Source of the DNA: Trueperaceae bacterium
Lineage (GTDB): Bacteria; Deinococcota; Deinococci; Deinococcales; Trueperaceae
Direction: 5' to 3'
Length of the DNA stretch: 64,000 bases
Assembly (NCBI GenBank): GCA_965213925.1
Contig: OZ243927.1
Location: 608,001-672,000 of the forward strand
The notes under the pieces were generated by a model, which was given only the letters and a program-made list of their open reading frames with translations, did not search any database and was not told the origin of the DNA. The position numbers were made by a program, and so were the translations under genes. Of this stretch, positions 41,301 to 50,156 are shown piece by piece (within the stretch, counting starts at the first letter, position 1; every line of letters starts with the position of its first letter).

Positions 41301-41453
41301 CAAGAGTCGATTGACTATGACTCAAAAGCATTAAAGGCGCTACCTTATAGCGTGGAGCCGACGCGCTACCCGCCGGGGTTCAGCATCAAGAAGCGGGGGC
41401 TTAAAGGTAAAGGTCTCGAAGCAATCAGCGACGTACTTTACCTCTGCGGCTAA
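38385..41453 (+). CDS. mfd: Transcription-repair coupling factor
   Basis: CarD-like [37 protein letters not shown] and a TRCF C-terminus. Confidence 0.95.
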   Translation: MALRKPTHETVITLLQTAKETQSKRLLGLPAVARLALFARTEGPAVLITTAERLPLFRDTGLFGTLSSTNPDLTDWQDKREKVALDLETALRPFPNDPEQYALTLEVGREYPRDDLLEQLVSFGYERDGMPGVVVRGDTLSVYLDEEDEERVLRLEFFGDELDTVQVAGETVERYVLAPLESAEIDEEAWSSTLLEQLGGTVYLDSSELFAGELDDAGRMETFWQYLETREIISFGRDPLEISDEKSDLEPLGYYRGKLSDFANDVEGWLGGGYSVTLLLKFERTGRYLKEKVLGESQSKWTQRVEKHPGVLGLAVGSDIDAASRGGYRDPQAKEVILTEDLLYGYQGTRKHSKLPGRKVHDAVQLAVGDYLIHPDHGIGRFMGLEPRQVVGVTRDYLILRYAGEGKLYLPVEQLPMLRRHPGTTDDPPRLSTLGTNEWARAREKARVNAQVLAQKLIRTYAERQVSKGVSLGEVPDWDPLIEENCPFTLTNDQRKAVSLTLRDMAKETPMDRLISGDVGFGKTEVAIRAAHRAVGNGTQVVMLVPTTVLAQQHYETFKERFEGLPVTVEGLSRFSSDKEARAILKGLKEGTVDIVVGTHRLLSDNVKFKNVGLLIIDEEHRFGVSQKEKMKAFKANLDILSLSATPIPRTLYMSLVGLRDVSQIMTPPAGRKPIQTVLQPYDRQVVRDALMFELERGGKVFYIHDRIGSMGSRAMYLQSLVPEARIGVAHGRMGGDELEEIMLRFEEGAFDVLLSTTIVESGLDIAGANTLIIERADRLGLAQLYQLRGRVGRRSTEAWAYLLYPGRLTEQAQRRLYAMAELNDLGSGHLLAEKDMEIRGIGNLLGPEQHGHISAVSLEVYTEMLAEEIAKLKGEQTEARKPVSIDLGLDARLSPSYIVDDDERIGFYGRLSETDSLAEIGRIQREMRERYGPMPEEVKTFTDIVKVRLLASQKGVATITEHMTDVQLSFEQESIDYDSKALKALPYSVEPTRYPPGFSIKKRGLKGKGLEAISDVLYLCG

Positions 41454-41454
41454 G

Positions 41455-41620
41455 TACACTGTAAACTAAGTATTGACACCTTCGCTGATGTCACCCTGAG
41501 CCGAAGGCGTAAGGGTCTCGCCTTTCGTTCTCTGTCAGAGGAGTCAGCAAGGGCAGAGATTCTTTCACTCCGCTGCGCTCTGTTCAGAATGACATCACTC
41601 ATCTTTTAATTAACGCTCTA
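41455..41620. mobile_element. Family A MITE-like element (A3)
   Basis: TACACTGTAAACTAA...TGTCACCCTGAGC...TCAGAATGACA...TTAATTAACGCTCTA. Confidence 0.8.
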
Positions 41621-41637
41621 CTTAGTTAGCATAGTAG

Positions 41638-41667
41638 GTGAGGTTGCGTAGTTTCACGCAACCTCGC
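41638..41667. terminator. Hairpin between the convergent mfd and kinase genes
   Basis: GTGAGGTTGCGT-N6-ACGCAACCTCGC. Confidence 0.6.
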
Positions 41668-41677
41668 TACTCTGCAC

Positions 41678-43687
41678 TTAACTTCTAGCTAAAACCATCT
41701 GTGTAATCGGCGCGTAGGCTTCGGCGGTGTGCTCCAAATTGCCTTCGGCGTCGTACTTATAGATGAGCTGCTCGCCGCGCTGCGCCGCGTAGAGGTAGCC
41801 CGCCTCGTCCACGGCGAGGTCTAAGAGGGCTTCGGGCGTAGCCTGGAGCGGCTTGACCGCGAACGACGCGGCGATGGCTCCGTCGGGTGTGACCTTGCGC
41901 ACCTTGCCGCTCGAGCTTTCCGCGATGTAGAGGTTGCCCGCTTGGTCGGGGGCGAGGCCGCTCAGCGTGCGCATCCCTTCGGCTTCCATCTTGAACGCCC
42001 AGCGGGTTTGATAGTTGCCCTCGGCGTCAAAGCGCTGAATCTGGCAGTTGCCATAATCGAGCACGTAGACGCCGCTCTCGTCGGCGAGAATCGTTTTGGG
42101 GTCGTTGAAGCGCCCGTGCCCGTCGCCGCGACCGCCGAAACTCTTCAGGTACGACCCGTCCGTGCTGTAGCACTGGACGTGACAGGTCTCCGCGTCGAGC
42201 ACGTAGACCGTCTCGCCCGCGCCGTCACCCGGACCGACCGCCACCGAGGTCGGGTAGAGGAGTTCGCCGGGCTTCACGCCGTAGGGTCCGAAGGAGAGGA
42301 GGCGCTCGCCAAAGGGACCCAGCTTGTGGACCATCGGGCAGCTCGCCTGACCGACGCGGTACTCGAAGATCGCCACGTAGAAATTGCCGTCACGGTCCAG
42401 CGCGACGGACTGCGGCGCGGCGGAGAAGCCGTCGCTGCTCGCGTTGACGTTGCCGAAAGAGGTGCATAGGTTGCCGTTGGTATCGAGCACGCGCAGCACC
42501 CCTTCGCGGGCGCTCACCGCGACGACCAAGCGCTCCGCCGAGGTCGCCTCGCTCACGCCGCTCAACGTGTCTAAGTTGCCCTCTAAAAGCGCCGCGACCT
42601 CTTCAAGTTCCGGGCGTTCGTCGGGGTCTTTGGCGACCATGCGCATGATAAGGGCGTCGACCGCTTGCGGGATGGCTAGGTTGAGCTGCCTGGGCGGGGG
42701 CGGCATCTGAAAAATCTGCTGGTGGACGATCACCTCGTAGCCGCCCTTAAATGCCGTTTCGCCCGTGAGCATCTCGTAGAAGACGAGCCCTAAGCTGTAG
42801 ATATCGCTGCGGTGGTCGATCTTGAGCCCTCTCGCCTGCTCGGGCGACATGTAGATGGGCGTGCCGATGCGCGCGCCGGTCATGGTGAGACGCGAGAGAA
42901 TTTTGCCGCCGGCGATGCCAAAATCCATGAGTTTAACTGCGTCGGGGGCGACGTAAGGGTCGTCCCACTCGTCGCCCTCGTTGATGCCACCTTTAATGAT
43001 CATGATGTTGGCCGGTTTGATATCGCGGTGGATGATGCCCGCCGCGTGGATATGCTGGAGCGCGTCCGCCACGCGGCGCATGATCTGGATGCTCGAGTCC
43101 GTACTCAGCTCTTCGCGCTCGATGTAGCTCTCCAGGGAGCGCCCGTCGACAAACTCCATCGCCATGAAGTGCTTCGCGCCCAAGCTGCCGTGCTCGAAGG
43201 TGCGCACGATGTTGACGTGGTCCAGGCGCTGCGCCACCTCCGCCTCGCGGTGAAAGCGGCGGATGAACTTCGCGTCGGCGACGTACTGCTCCATCGGGAT
43301 TTTGAGCGCCACAGTCTTGCCGTCACGCTTGCGGCGCGCCCTATACACGCTCGCCATGCCCCCCGAGCCGACCTTTTCCAACACGTCGTAGCCAGGAATG
43401 TCCGAGATGTCGAACGGCGAAGAGGTGTCTTCGTCCTCGCGTACCCGCGCTCGCCGCTGCGGAGGCGCGACCCGCGCCGTGCGCGCGGCGCGTGCGCCTG
43501 CTGGCACGAAAAAGCCCAGCGCGAAGGCGTGCAGCAAAACAGGCGCGAGCGCCCGCTCCGGTCCGGAGATGACCATCAGCCCGGCGCTCAGCAAAAAGGA
43601 GAGCGCGAAAAGCCCCGTACCGACCCAGCGCGGCGCGCGGAGGAGCGCAAAGGTAGCGAGAAGCGCGAGCCCGAGCAGCCAGAGCAT
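41678..43687 (-). CDS. Hanks-type Ser/Thr kinase with N-terminal TM helices and C-terminal NHL repeats
   Basis: GSGGMA, VALK, HRDIKPAN, DFG and YMSPEQ; repeated YVxD/FGG.G..G.F..P units. Confidence 0.92.
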   Translation of the reverse strand: MLWLLGLALLATFALLRAPRWVGTGLFALSFLLSAGLMVISGPERALAPVLLHAFALGFFVPAGARAARTARVAPPQRRARVREDEDTSSPFDISDIPGYDVLEKVGSGGMASVYRARRKRDGKTVALKIPMEQYVADAKFIRRFHREAEVAQRLDHVNIVRTFEHGSLGAKHFMAMEFVDGRSLESYIEREELSTDSSIQIMRRVADALQHIHAAGIIHRDIKPANIMIIKGGINEGDEWDDPYVAPDAVKLMDFGIAGGKILSRLTMTGARIGTPIYMSPEQARGLKIDHRSDIYSLGLVFYEMLTGETAFKGGYEVIVHQQIFQMPPPPRQLNLAIPQAVDALIMRMVAKDPDERPELEEVAALLEGNLDTLSGVSEATSAERLVVAVSAREGVLRVLDTNGNLCTSFGNVNASSDGFSAAPQSVALDRDGNFYVAIFEYRVGQASCPMVHKLGPFGERLLSFGPYGVKPGELLYPTSVAVGPGDGAGETVYVLDAETCHVQCYSTDGSYLKSFGGRGDGHGRFNDPKTILADESGVYVLDYGNCQIQRFDAEGNYQTRWAFKMEAEGMRTLSGLAPDQAGNLYIAESSSGKVRKVTPDGAIAASFAVKPLQATPEALLDLAVDEAGYLYAAQRGEQLIYKYDAEGNLEHTAEAYAPITQMVLARS

Positions 43688-44445
43688 CAGCCGACCTCGG
43701 CAATCACTAAGGTGATGTTGTCGGGACCGCCGCGCTCGTTGGCTAAGTCGATGAGGTACTCTACCGAAGCTTGACGGCTCGAGCGCCTGCGAATCTCCCC
43801 TAAAATCTCGTCGGACTGGATGAGCCCGTGCAGTCCGTCAGTAGAGATCACGAACACATCACCCTGCTGCACCTCGATCTGTGCGATGTCCGGCACCACT
43901 TGGGGGCGCGTGCCGAGCGCTCTCGTGATGAGGTTGCGCCAGGCGTGGTTTTGCGCCTGCTCTTCGTTCAAGAGACCCTGCTCGAGCTGCTCCTCGACCC
44001 AGGAGTGGTCTTTGGTCAACTGGTAAATTTGTTCGCCGCGTATCAGGTAGGCGCGCGAGTCGCCAACGTGCCCCAAATACGCTCTGTGGTTGCTGACCGC
44101 CACGAGCGTCAGCGTCGTGCCCATGCCTTGCCGCCCCGTATTCGAGTTGGCGGCTTCGAAGACGCGGCGGTTCGCTAGGCGCAGCGCCTTTTCAGTCAAC
44201 TTGTCGATGCCAACCACAGGTTGACCCTGCTGAAGCGCGCCCACGTAACGGCTAAACGCCTCGTCGATGACCTCCATCGCGAGCTTGCTCGCCACTTCGC
44301 CCGCCGCCGCGCCGCCCATGCCGTCCGCGACGGCTAAGAGCGCCAGCCCCTCCGCGCAGGGGAACTGCCATACCCGGTGATAGTCCTCGTTGAGAGACCT
44401 CACCCTTCCGACATCTGAACCGTGACCTATCTGCCCTAATCGCAC
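43687..44445 (-). CDS. PP2C-family Ser/Thr phosphatase
   Basis: NED, VADGMGG, MGTT, HVGDSR, STDGL and GGPDNIT. Confidence 0.94.
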   Translation of the reverse strand: MRLGQIGHGSDVGRVRSLNEDYHRVWQFPCAEGLALLAVADGMGGAAAGEVASKLAMEVIDEAFSRYVGALQQGQPVVGIDKLTEKALRLANRRVFEAANSNTGRQGMGTTLTLVAVSNHRAYLGHVGDSRAYLIRGEQIYQLTKDHSWVEEQLEQGLLNEEQAQNHAWRNLITRALGTRPQVVPDIAQIEVQQGDVFVISTDGLHGLIQSDEILGEIRRRSSRQASVEYLIDLANERGGPDNITLVIAEVG

Positions 44446-44603
44446 TCCGCTAGTTTAACGCGCTCTTTTCACCGCGCGACCTGATAAAGTCCACATTGCC
44501 GGGCCGTTCGCGCGTGTATACGAATATCGAGGAGCAACTATCACAATCTTCACACGTCCGGGCTACCTTTAGCGTAGAGAGCTGCCAAAGAGGTCGCGCT
44601 TCG

Positions 44604-44909
44604 CTAGGGTGACGCCAACTTTTCTCGGCACTGAACGCAGTACACCTGCTTAGGCACGCGCTCGCGGCAATGTGGACAGGTCACGCTGCCGCGCACCACC
44701 GACTTCACACCCATCGCGTCAAGCTCCGAGGCGATGAGAATCGCGTCCTCTTCCGACACGTCCGAAATGGTGAGTTCGATGTCGTCAGCTAGAGCGGAGA
44801 CCATGAAGGTACCGTTCGCGTAGGGTTGGGAGCCGCGCCCTTGGTTGGCGGCGTTGACGGCGGCGCGGACCTCTCTAAAGTAGGTCCATAAGGGATGCTT
44901 AGCGTCCAT
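44604..44909 (-). CDS. Small hypothetical protein with a C-terminal zinc ribbon
   Basis: CPHC..CVQC; leaderless TACCCT-5 nt-ATG. Confidence 0.7.
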   Translation of the reverse strand: MDAKHPLWTYFREVRAAVNAANQGRGSQPYANGTFMVSALADDIELTISDVSEEDAILIASELDAMGVKSVVRGSVTCPHCRERVPKQVYCVQCREKLASP

Positions 44910-44968
44910 AGCTTAGGGTAGCAGCTTAAAGGCACGCTGCTTCGTGACCTCGTACTGCGCGCCCTTCA

Positions 44969-46471
44969 TTAACTCGCCACCCCGTTACGCTTCGCCCACA
45001 CCATCAGTTCGGCCCTCGAATGCACGCCTAACTTCTTGTACAAACTCGCCACGTAGTTGCGCACCGTGTTTTTTGCGACGCCTAGCTCTTTAGCGACCGC
45101 GTCGTTGTCCAGACCTCTGGCGGAGAGCGTGAAGGTCTGCTGCTCGCGCTTGGTAAGTTGGGCGAGCTTGGTCTTCGCCTCGGACGAGACCCTGCCGCGC
45201 GCGTCCATGATCTTTTGCGCCACCGACGCGCTGAACCAGCTTGGATCGCCCATGACTTGCTCGACCGCGTCGATGAGTTCCGCCTCGGTTCGCTTCCAGT
45301 CGGACACGTCGTGGAACATGCGCAGCACGCACGCCCGTTCGTCAATCATGAGCGTTTCAGCGGAAACCTGTACGGCGTACTCGCTGCCCTCTTTAGTATT
45401 TAGGGTGACCTCTAAGGCTTGGTAGCTGCGACGCTGCTCCATCGCCGTCGCCATTACCTCCTCGGTCTCTTTTGGCCACAGCCTCAGCTCGGCTCCGGTA
45501 CGCCCCATCACGTCCTCGTCGCCGTAGCCCGTGAGCTTTCTAAAGGCTCTATTCACATCCAAAAAGCGGTCCTCGCCCAAAAAGCTGAGGGCGGCGGCGA
45601 CGGGCGCGGCGTTGAACGTTTTAGAGAAGCGCTCCTCGCTCTGCCTGAGCGCGTTCTCCGTGCGCTTACGTTCGTCGATGTCGGTGAACGTCAGGAGCAT
45701 ACAGGGCTCGTCATTGATCTCTAAAGGCTGACCGCCCACGATGACGAACTTCTTGTTGCCGCCCTGCGCCGTGAGGTAAGACTCGACGGGCTTGATCATC
45801 TCGCCGTTATGGAAGCGCTCGAGCAACCGGTCGCGACCCTCAGCACCTGCAAACGCGTCGAACTCATAGGCGGTGCGCCCGATGATCTCCTCGCGCTTAA
45901 AGCCCGTCATCTCCAAAAAACTCTTGTCCGCCTTGATATAGCGCAAGTCGGACAAGCGGCTGATTAAAGCGGGCGCAGGGTTCGAGGAGAACGCACGCTC
46001 GAAGCGCCGCTCGGCGTCGTGCTTGGCGGTGGTATCTTGAATCAAGAGAATCGCGTAAGGCTGGTCTCCACTTAGTGGGACGCCGTGGTAGCTGTGGACC
46101 CACGCTCTTTGTGTAGCGTCAGCTGAGTTTGATGCGTTATCCGAGTCGTCCGAACGGTCGGGGAAGACGTTGACCTCGAGTCCCTCTAAGCCCTCCCCGC
46201 GCAGGAGCCTATCCGCCGGGTAGCCACCTGGGGGTAGCGGGATGTCCTCTAAATCTATGAGCTTAAATCTCTCGCGGTAGCCCGCCGCGTTGCCGCCTAG
46301 GTCATCCAACGTGTCGGCGTTATGCATGGCGAGCGCAGCGCGGTTGGCGTAATGAAACGCGCCCTCTCGCGTGAGGGTCAAAACACCTTCGCTCAGGCTG
46401 TCGACGAGCGTGTTGAGGTAATCGTCCTCAAAATTACTCTCGGACGTGTTGGGTATGTTAGGTAGAATCAT
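44969..46471 (-). CDS. Multi-PAS / LuxR-HTH one-component regulator
   Basis: Three PAS-like segments and C-terminal LTKREQ..GLDN..VA..LGVAKNTVRNYVASLYKKLG; GGAGG RBS. Confidence 0.88.
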   Translation of the reverse strand: MILPNIPNTSESNFEDDYLNTLVDSLSEGVLTLTREGAFHYANRAALAMHNADTLDDLGGNAAGYRERFKLIDLEDIPLPPGGYPADRLLRGEGLEGLEVNVFPDRSDDSDNASNSADATQRAWVHSYHGVPLSGDQPYAILLIQDTTAKHDAERRFERAFSSNPAPALISRLSDLRYIKADKSFLEMTGFKREEIIGRTAYEFDAFAGAEGRDRLLERFHNGEMIKPVESYLTAQGGNKKFVIVGGQPLEINDEPCMLLTFTDIDERKRTENALRQSEERFSKTFNAAPVAAALSFLGEDRFLDVNRAFRKLTGYGDEDVMGRTGAELRLWPKETEEVMATAMEQRRSYQALEVTLNTKEGSEYAVQVSAETLMIDERACVLRMFHDVSDWKRTEAELIDAVEQVMGDPSWFSASVAQKIMDARGRVSSEAKTKLAQLTKREQQTFTLSARGLDNDAVAKELGVAKNTVRNYVASLYKKLGVHSRAELMVWAKRNGVAS

Positions 46472-46810
46472 TCGTTGGGTCGCCTCCTAGCTCGAAAGCG
46501 TTGCAGTAGAGTAGCGCAGAGACTAGGTTGGACTACTTAGCTCAACCACGCCGTATAACTTCATCCTACAATTTTTTCGGGACATACTTGACTCACACCC
46601 TTGAATTTCAGTGAAAGTGATAAAACCTAGTTTAGTAGGAGGAGAAACTAGTCTTTTTTTACCGAATGAAACCTTACAATTTTCTACTCTTAGCCTATGG
46701 CATAGTTTGAAGTGAGGCACGAAGTCACATAGTAAATGTAGCGAATGGTGTATTGGGCACTAAAGCGAGCGCTAAAGCAGATACCAAGTATACGCTCTAA
46801 AGGGGGCACT

Positions 46811-46993
46811 ATGGCAGACGATCCGAAAAAGCCAAAAGTCGGCGTCTACGACGACGCTACGAAAACGAGTACAACGACGACGCGCACGTCCGGCGAACCC
46901 GCTACCGAGGAGAAGAGCGGCGGGATACCGAGCTGGGTTATCGGGCTTATTATTCTAGCCGTCATCATCATCGCGCTTATTCTCATCTTTTAG
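46811..46993 (+). CDS. Small protein with a C-terminal membrane anchor
   Basis: AGGGGG RBS; MADDPKKPKVGVYD...WVIGLIILAVIIIALILIF. Confidence 0.75.
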   Translation: MADDPKKPKVGVYDDATKTSTTTTRTSGEPATEEKSGGIPSWVIGLIILAVIIIALILIF

Positions 46994-47010
46994 TACGTCT
47001 TTTCTAGGTC

Positions 47011-47646
47011 GTGAAGGGGGTAGGCGTGGACTTCGTGACACTCACCGATTTGGAGGGTCGCCGCGCGCGAGCAGAACTGCTTTCGCAGCGTGAGGGACAG
47101 AGGTTCATCCGCTTAGAGGATGGTCAGACGTTCTCTTTGTCTGAAGACGCGCTCGTCAAGCAGCACACCGGCGACTACTATCTGCTCCTTAAACTCAGCG
47201 AATTGGAAGCTTCAGCTGACGCGCCGAGCGGTTCAGATGGCTCGCCTCAACGCTTAGACGAAGCGGTCATCCCCGTCGCCGAGGAGCAACTCAAGGTTCG
47301 TAAGCGCCGCGTCGACGGAGCCACGGTGCGCGTTACGAAAGAGGTTCACGAAGAAGAGAGAGTGGTCGACGAACCGCTCTTCAGCGAAGAGGTCGACGTG
47401 CAGCGCGTCCGGGTGGACAGAGTTGTGGACGCGCCCGAATCCATCCGCTCCGAGGGCGACAAGACGATCATCCCGCTTTACGAAGAGGTGCTCGTTGTCG
47501 AGAAGCGCCTCGTACTTACTGAAGAACTGCATGTAACCAAGCAGCGCGTAGAGAGACGGGAGCCGCAGCGCGTGACGCTGCGCCGCGAAAGCGCCACCGT
47601 CGAGCGCTTGGAACCTAACGAGGGGGTGAGGCGCAAGGAGAGCTAG
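47011..47646 (+). CDS. YsnF/AvaK (DUF2382) domain protein; start possibly GTG 47026
   Basis: IPVAEEQLKVRKR..V.V.KEV and IPLYEEVLVVEKR. Confidence 0.85.
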   Translation: MKGVGVDFVTLTDLEGRRARAELLSQREGQRFIRLEDGQTFSLSEDALVKQHTGDYYLLLKLSELEASADAPSGSDGSPQRLDEAVIPVAEEQLKVRKRRVDGATVRVTKEVHEEERVVDEPLFSEEVDVQRVRVDRVVDAPESIRSEGDKTIIPLYEEVLVVEKRLVLTEELHVTKQRVERREPQRVTLRRESATVERLEPNEGVRRKES

Positions 47647-47709
47647 GACGAATCAGCAAGACAGCACTGACGAACGTTTGTTATTAAGAGACATCTTCAA
47701 GGAGGCAGT

Positions 47710-48747
47710 ATGGCAAATACAGTCATTGGACTTTACAACGACACAAGCACCGCCGAGCGCGTGATTGACGACTTGACTGATAGCGGTTTTAACCGCAGCA
47801 CCATCGACATGCACCGCGAGAGCGACGCTTCGGGCTTGCATGACGAGCTTACCAGCGAGGGCATTCCCCGTGATGACGCTGACTACTATGTCGAGGGGCT
47901 GCGTGACGGCGGCGTTCTGGTGAGCGTCCAAGCAGACGACGGCGACACAGACAAAGCCGTAGACATCATGAACCGCTACGCGGACGACGGCGGCTACGAA
48001 GATAAGCGCGACCTTGACGGCGATGTTGACAGAAATATCAGCGGCGGTACCGACAGGGACGCCAACTTGAGCGCTGACACGCGCACGACGGGCTCGAGCA
48101 CGGCGGGCTCAAGCACGGCGGACGATGACACCATCGAAGTCGCTGAGGAGCGGCTACGCGTCGGCAAGCGCCGCGTCGAACGTGGCGGCGTGCGCGTTCG
48201 CAGCCGCGTCGTCGAGGAAGAGGTCTCCGAAGACGTGACCCTGCGCGACGAAGAGGTCAACGTCGAGCGCGAGCGCGTGGACCGTAAGGTGGATGGCGCG
48301 GACGGCGACCTGTTCCAAGAGCGCACCATCGAAGTGACCGAGACCGACGAAGAGGCGGTGGTGGAAAAAGAGGCGCGCGTCACCGAAGAGATTCGCGTTG
48401 GCAAAGAGGTCACCGAGCACACCGAGACCGTACGCGACACCGTGCGCCGCACCGAGGTCGACGTCGAAGAGGTCGGCGCAGACCGGAGCCGCGACGACGA
48501 CTTCCGCTCGTACGATTCGGACTTTAGGGATCACTTCAAGAACGCCTCAGCGGACGACGGCACCTATGAGCAAGCCGAGCCCGCCTACCGCTACGGCTAT
48601 ACGTCTGCGAACGATTCGCGCTACGAGGGGCGCGAATTTAGCGAGGTCGAGGACGACTTGCGCCGCGACTGGGAAGCGCGCAACGAAGGGTCTTGGGACA
48701 ACTACCGCGACTCCATCCGCTACTCGTACAACCAAACTCGCCGCTAA
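47710..48747 (+). CDS. YsnF/AvaK (DUF2382) domain stress protein
   Basis: IEVAEERLRVGKR..GGVRV and EEAVVEKEARVTEE; N-terminal general-stress-like domain; AYRYGY tail. Confidence 0.88.
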   Translation: MANTVIGLYNDTSTAERVIDDLTDSGFNRSTIDMHRESDASGLHDELTSEGIPRDDADYYVEGLRDGGVLVSVQADDGDTDKAVDIMNRYADDGGYEDKRDLDGDVDRNISGGTDRDANLSADTRTTGSSTAGSSTADDDTIEVAEERLRVGKRRVERGGVRVRSRVVEEEVSEDVTLRDEEVNVERERVDRKVDGADGDLFQERTIEVTETDEEAVVEKEARVTEEIRVGKEVTEHTETVRDTVRRTEVDVEEVGADRSRDDDFRSYDSDFRDHFKNASADDGTYEQAEPAYRYGYTSANDSRYEGREFSEVEDDLRRDWEARNEGSWDNYRDSIRYSYNQTRR

Positions 48748-48759
48748 ACGCCTTTAGAC

Positions 48760-48794
48760 AGTTGGACTGGAGGAGAGGTTCCTCCAGTCCAACT
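48760..48794. terminator. 15-bp stem hairpin
   Basis: AGTTGGACTGGAGGA-N5-TCCTCCAGTCCAACT. Confidence 0.6.
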
Positions 48795-48830
48795 CATGTA
48801 GAAACCAAGAACTAGAATTCGGGGGACTTT

Positions 48831-49868
48831 ATGGCAGATAACAAACGCAACACTGAACGTGTCATCGTTGAATCTGACTCAAACGGTGTAGACAGAGATA
48901 GAACCTACGACCGAGACCGCGTTACGGAAAGCCGCACGGTCAGAAGCGACTACGACAGAAACGATTATGACAGACATGATTACGATGGCAGACCCGTCAG
49001 ACGTATCTCGTGGGGCGCAATTTTCGCAGGCGCACTCACCGCCCTGCTCACGCTTTTGCTACTCAACTTGCTCTTCTACGGTATCGGCATCTCAACGATC
49101 AACCCAGCAAGTGAGCAAAACGCTCTTTCTGGTCTCGGCACGGGTGCGCTCATCGCAACGGTCATCAGCAACTTAGTCGCGCTCTTTTTAGGCGGCTACG
49201 TCGCGGGTAAGCTCGCGGGCACGCCGCGCCGCTTTCCGAGCCTTATGCACGGCGTTCTTACTTGGGCGCTGCTCACCCTCTTCACGATCTACTTGGGCAG
49301 CACCGCTATCGGCAGTTTGGTCAGCGGGGTCACGGGCGCGGTCGGTTCTGCGTTCAGCGCCGCGACTTCGGGTATTAGCAGCGCCGCTAGCGCCATTCCT
49401 GGCAGCGCTGTTCCTAACTCACCGCAGGGTGCAGCGGGCGCGGTCAATCAAATCCCCGGTATCAGCAATGTGCAGCAGCAGATCGACCAGCTCCTCAACC
49501 GGGCGGGCGTACAAAATCCGCAGCAGGCCAGCCAGCAACTCGCACGGGTTGCCGTAAACCGTGTTCAAGCCGGCGACAGTTTGACCTCAGACCAGGCGCA
49601 ACAACAATTTTCGGATATCATCGGGCAAAATTCTGAGCTGTCCGACCAAGAGGTGGAGCAGCAGGTGCAGCAGTTCACGCAGAACGCGCAGCAGCAAGTC
49701 GACCAGGCGCAACAGCAAGCTGCTGAAACAGCCCAGACAGCCGCGAACGCGGTGGGAACAGTCTCGATCATCGCCTTTTTCGTCCTGCTGGTTGGAGCAG
49801 GGGTTGCCGCGGCGGGTAGCGCGTTCGGGAGCCCTAAGGACGAAAGGGACGCGCATAGGGTAAGCTAG
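48831..49868 (+). CDS. Membrane protein of the RISWGAIFAG type with a Q-rich region
   Basis: RRISWGAIFAG, LFLGGYVAG and HGVLTW; YDR repeats at the N-terminus. Confidence 0.8.
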   Translation: MADNKRNTERVIVESDSNGVDRDRTYDRDRVTESRTVRSDYDRNDYDRHDYDGRPVRRISWGAIFAGALTALLTLLLLNLLFYGIGISTINPASEQNALSGLGTGALIATVISNLVALFLGGYVAGKLAGTPRRFPSLMHGVLTWALLTLFTIYLGSTAIGSLVSGVTGAVGSAFSAATSGISSAASAIPGSAVPNSPQGAAGAVNQIPGISNVQQQIDQLLNRAGVQNPQQASQQLARVAVNRVQAGDSLTSDQAQQQFSDIIGQNSELSDQEVEQQVQQFTQNAQQQVDQAQQQAAETAQTAANAVGTVSIIAFFVLLVGAGVAAAGSAFGSPKDERDAHRVS

Positions 49869-49873
49869 TTCTT

Positions 49874-50032
49874 ATGGACCTCGTCAAGATTATTTTCGCC
49901 ATCATCCTGCCGCCTTTAGGTGTCTTTCTGGAAGTCGGTTTGGGCAAGCACTTCTGGATCAACATTCTGCTGACGCTCCTGGGCTTCGTGCCTGGCATCG
50001 TTCACGCGGTTTGGGTCATTGCTAGAAAGTAG
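49874..50032 (+). CDS. YqaE/Pmp3-family small membrane protein (not in the ORF track)
   Basis: MDLVKIIFAIILPPLGVFLEVGLGKHFWINILLTLLGFVPGIVHAVWVIARK. Confidence 0.93.
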   Translation: MDLVKIIFAIILPPLGVFLEVGLGKHFWINILLTLLGFVPGIVHAVWVIARK

Positions 50033-50051
50033 ATCAAAATCTAAGTAAGCG

Positions 50052-50085
50052 TGAGAGAGGTGACCTAGCCACCTCTCTCATTTTT
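50052..50085 (+). terminator. Rho-independent terminator
   Basis: TGAGAGAGGTG-N7-CACCTCTCTCA followed by TTTTT. Confidence 0.75.
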
Positions 50086-50156
50086 GTTATAGCGAGACTA
50101 GGTAAACTCTCCTTTAAGCGGGAGTAAAAAATTTCACAACTGGGGCCGAAGGGGAA

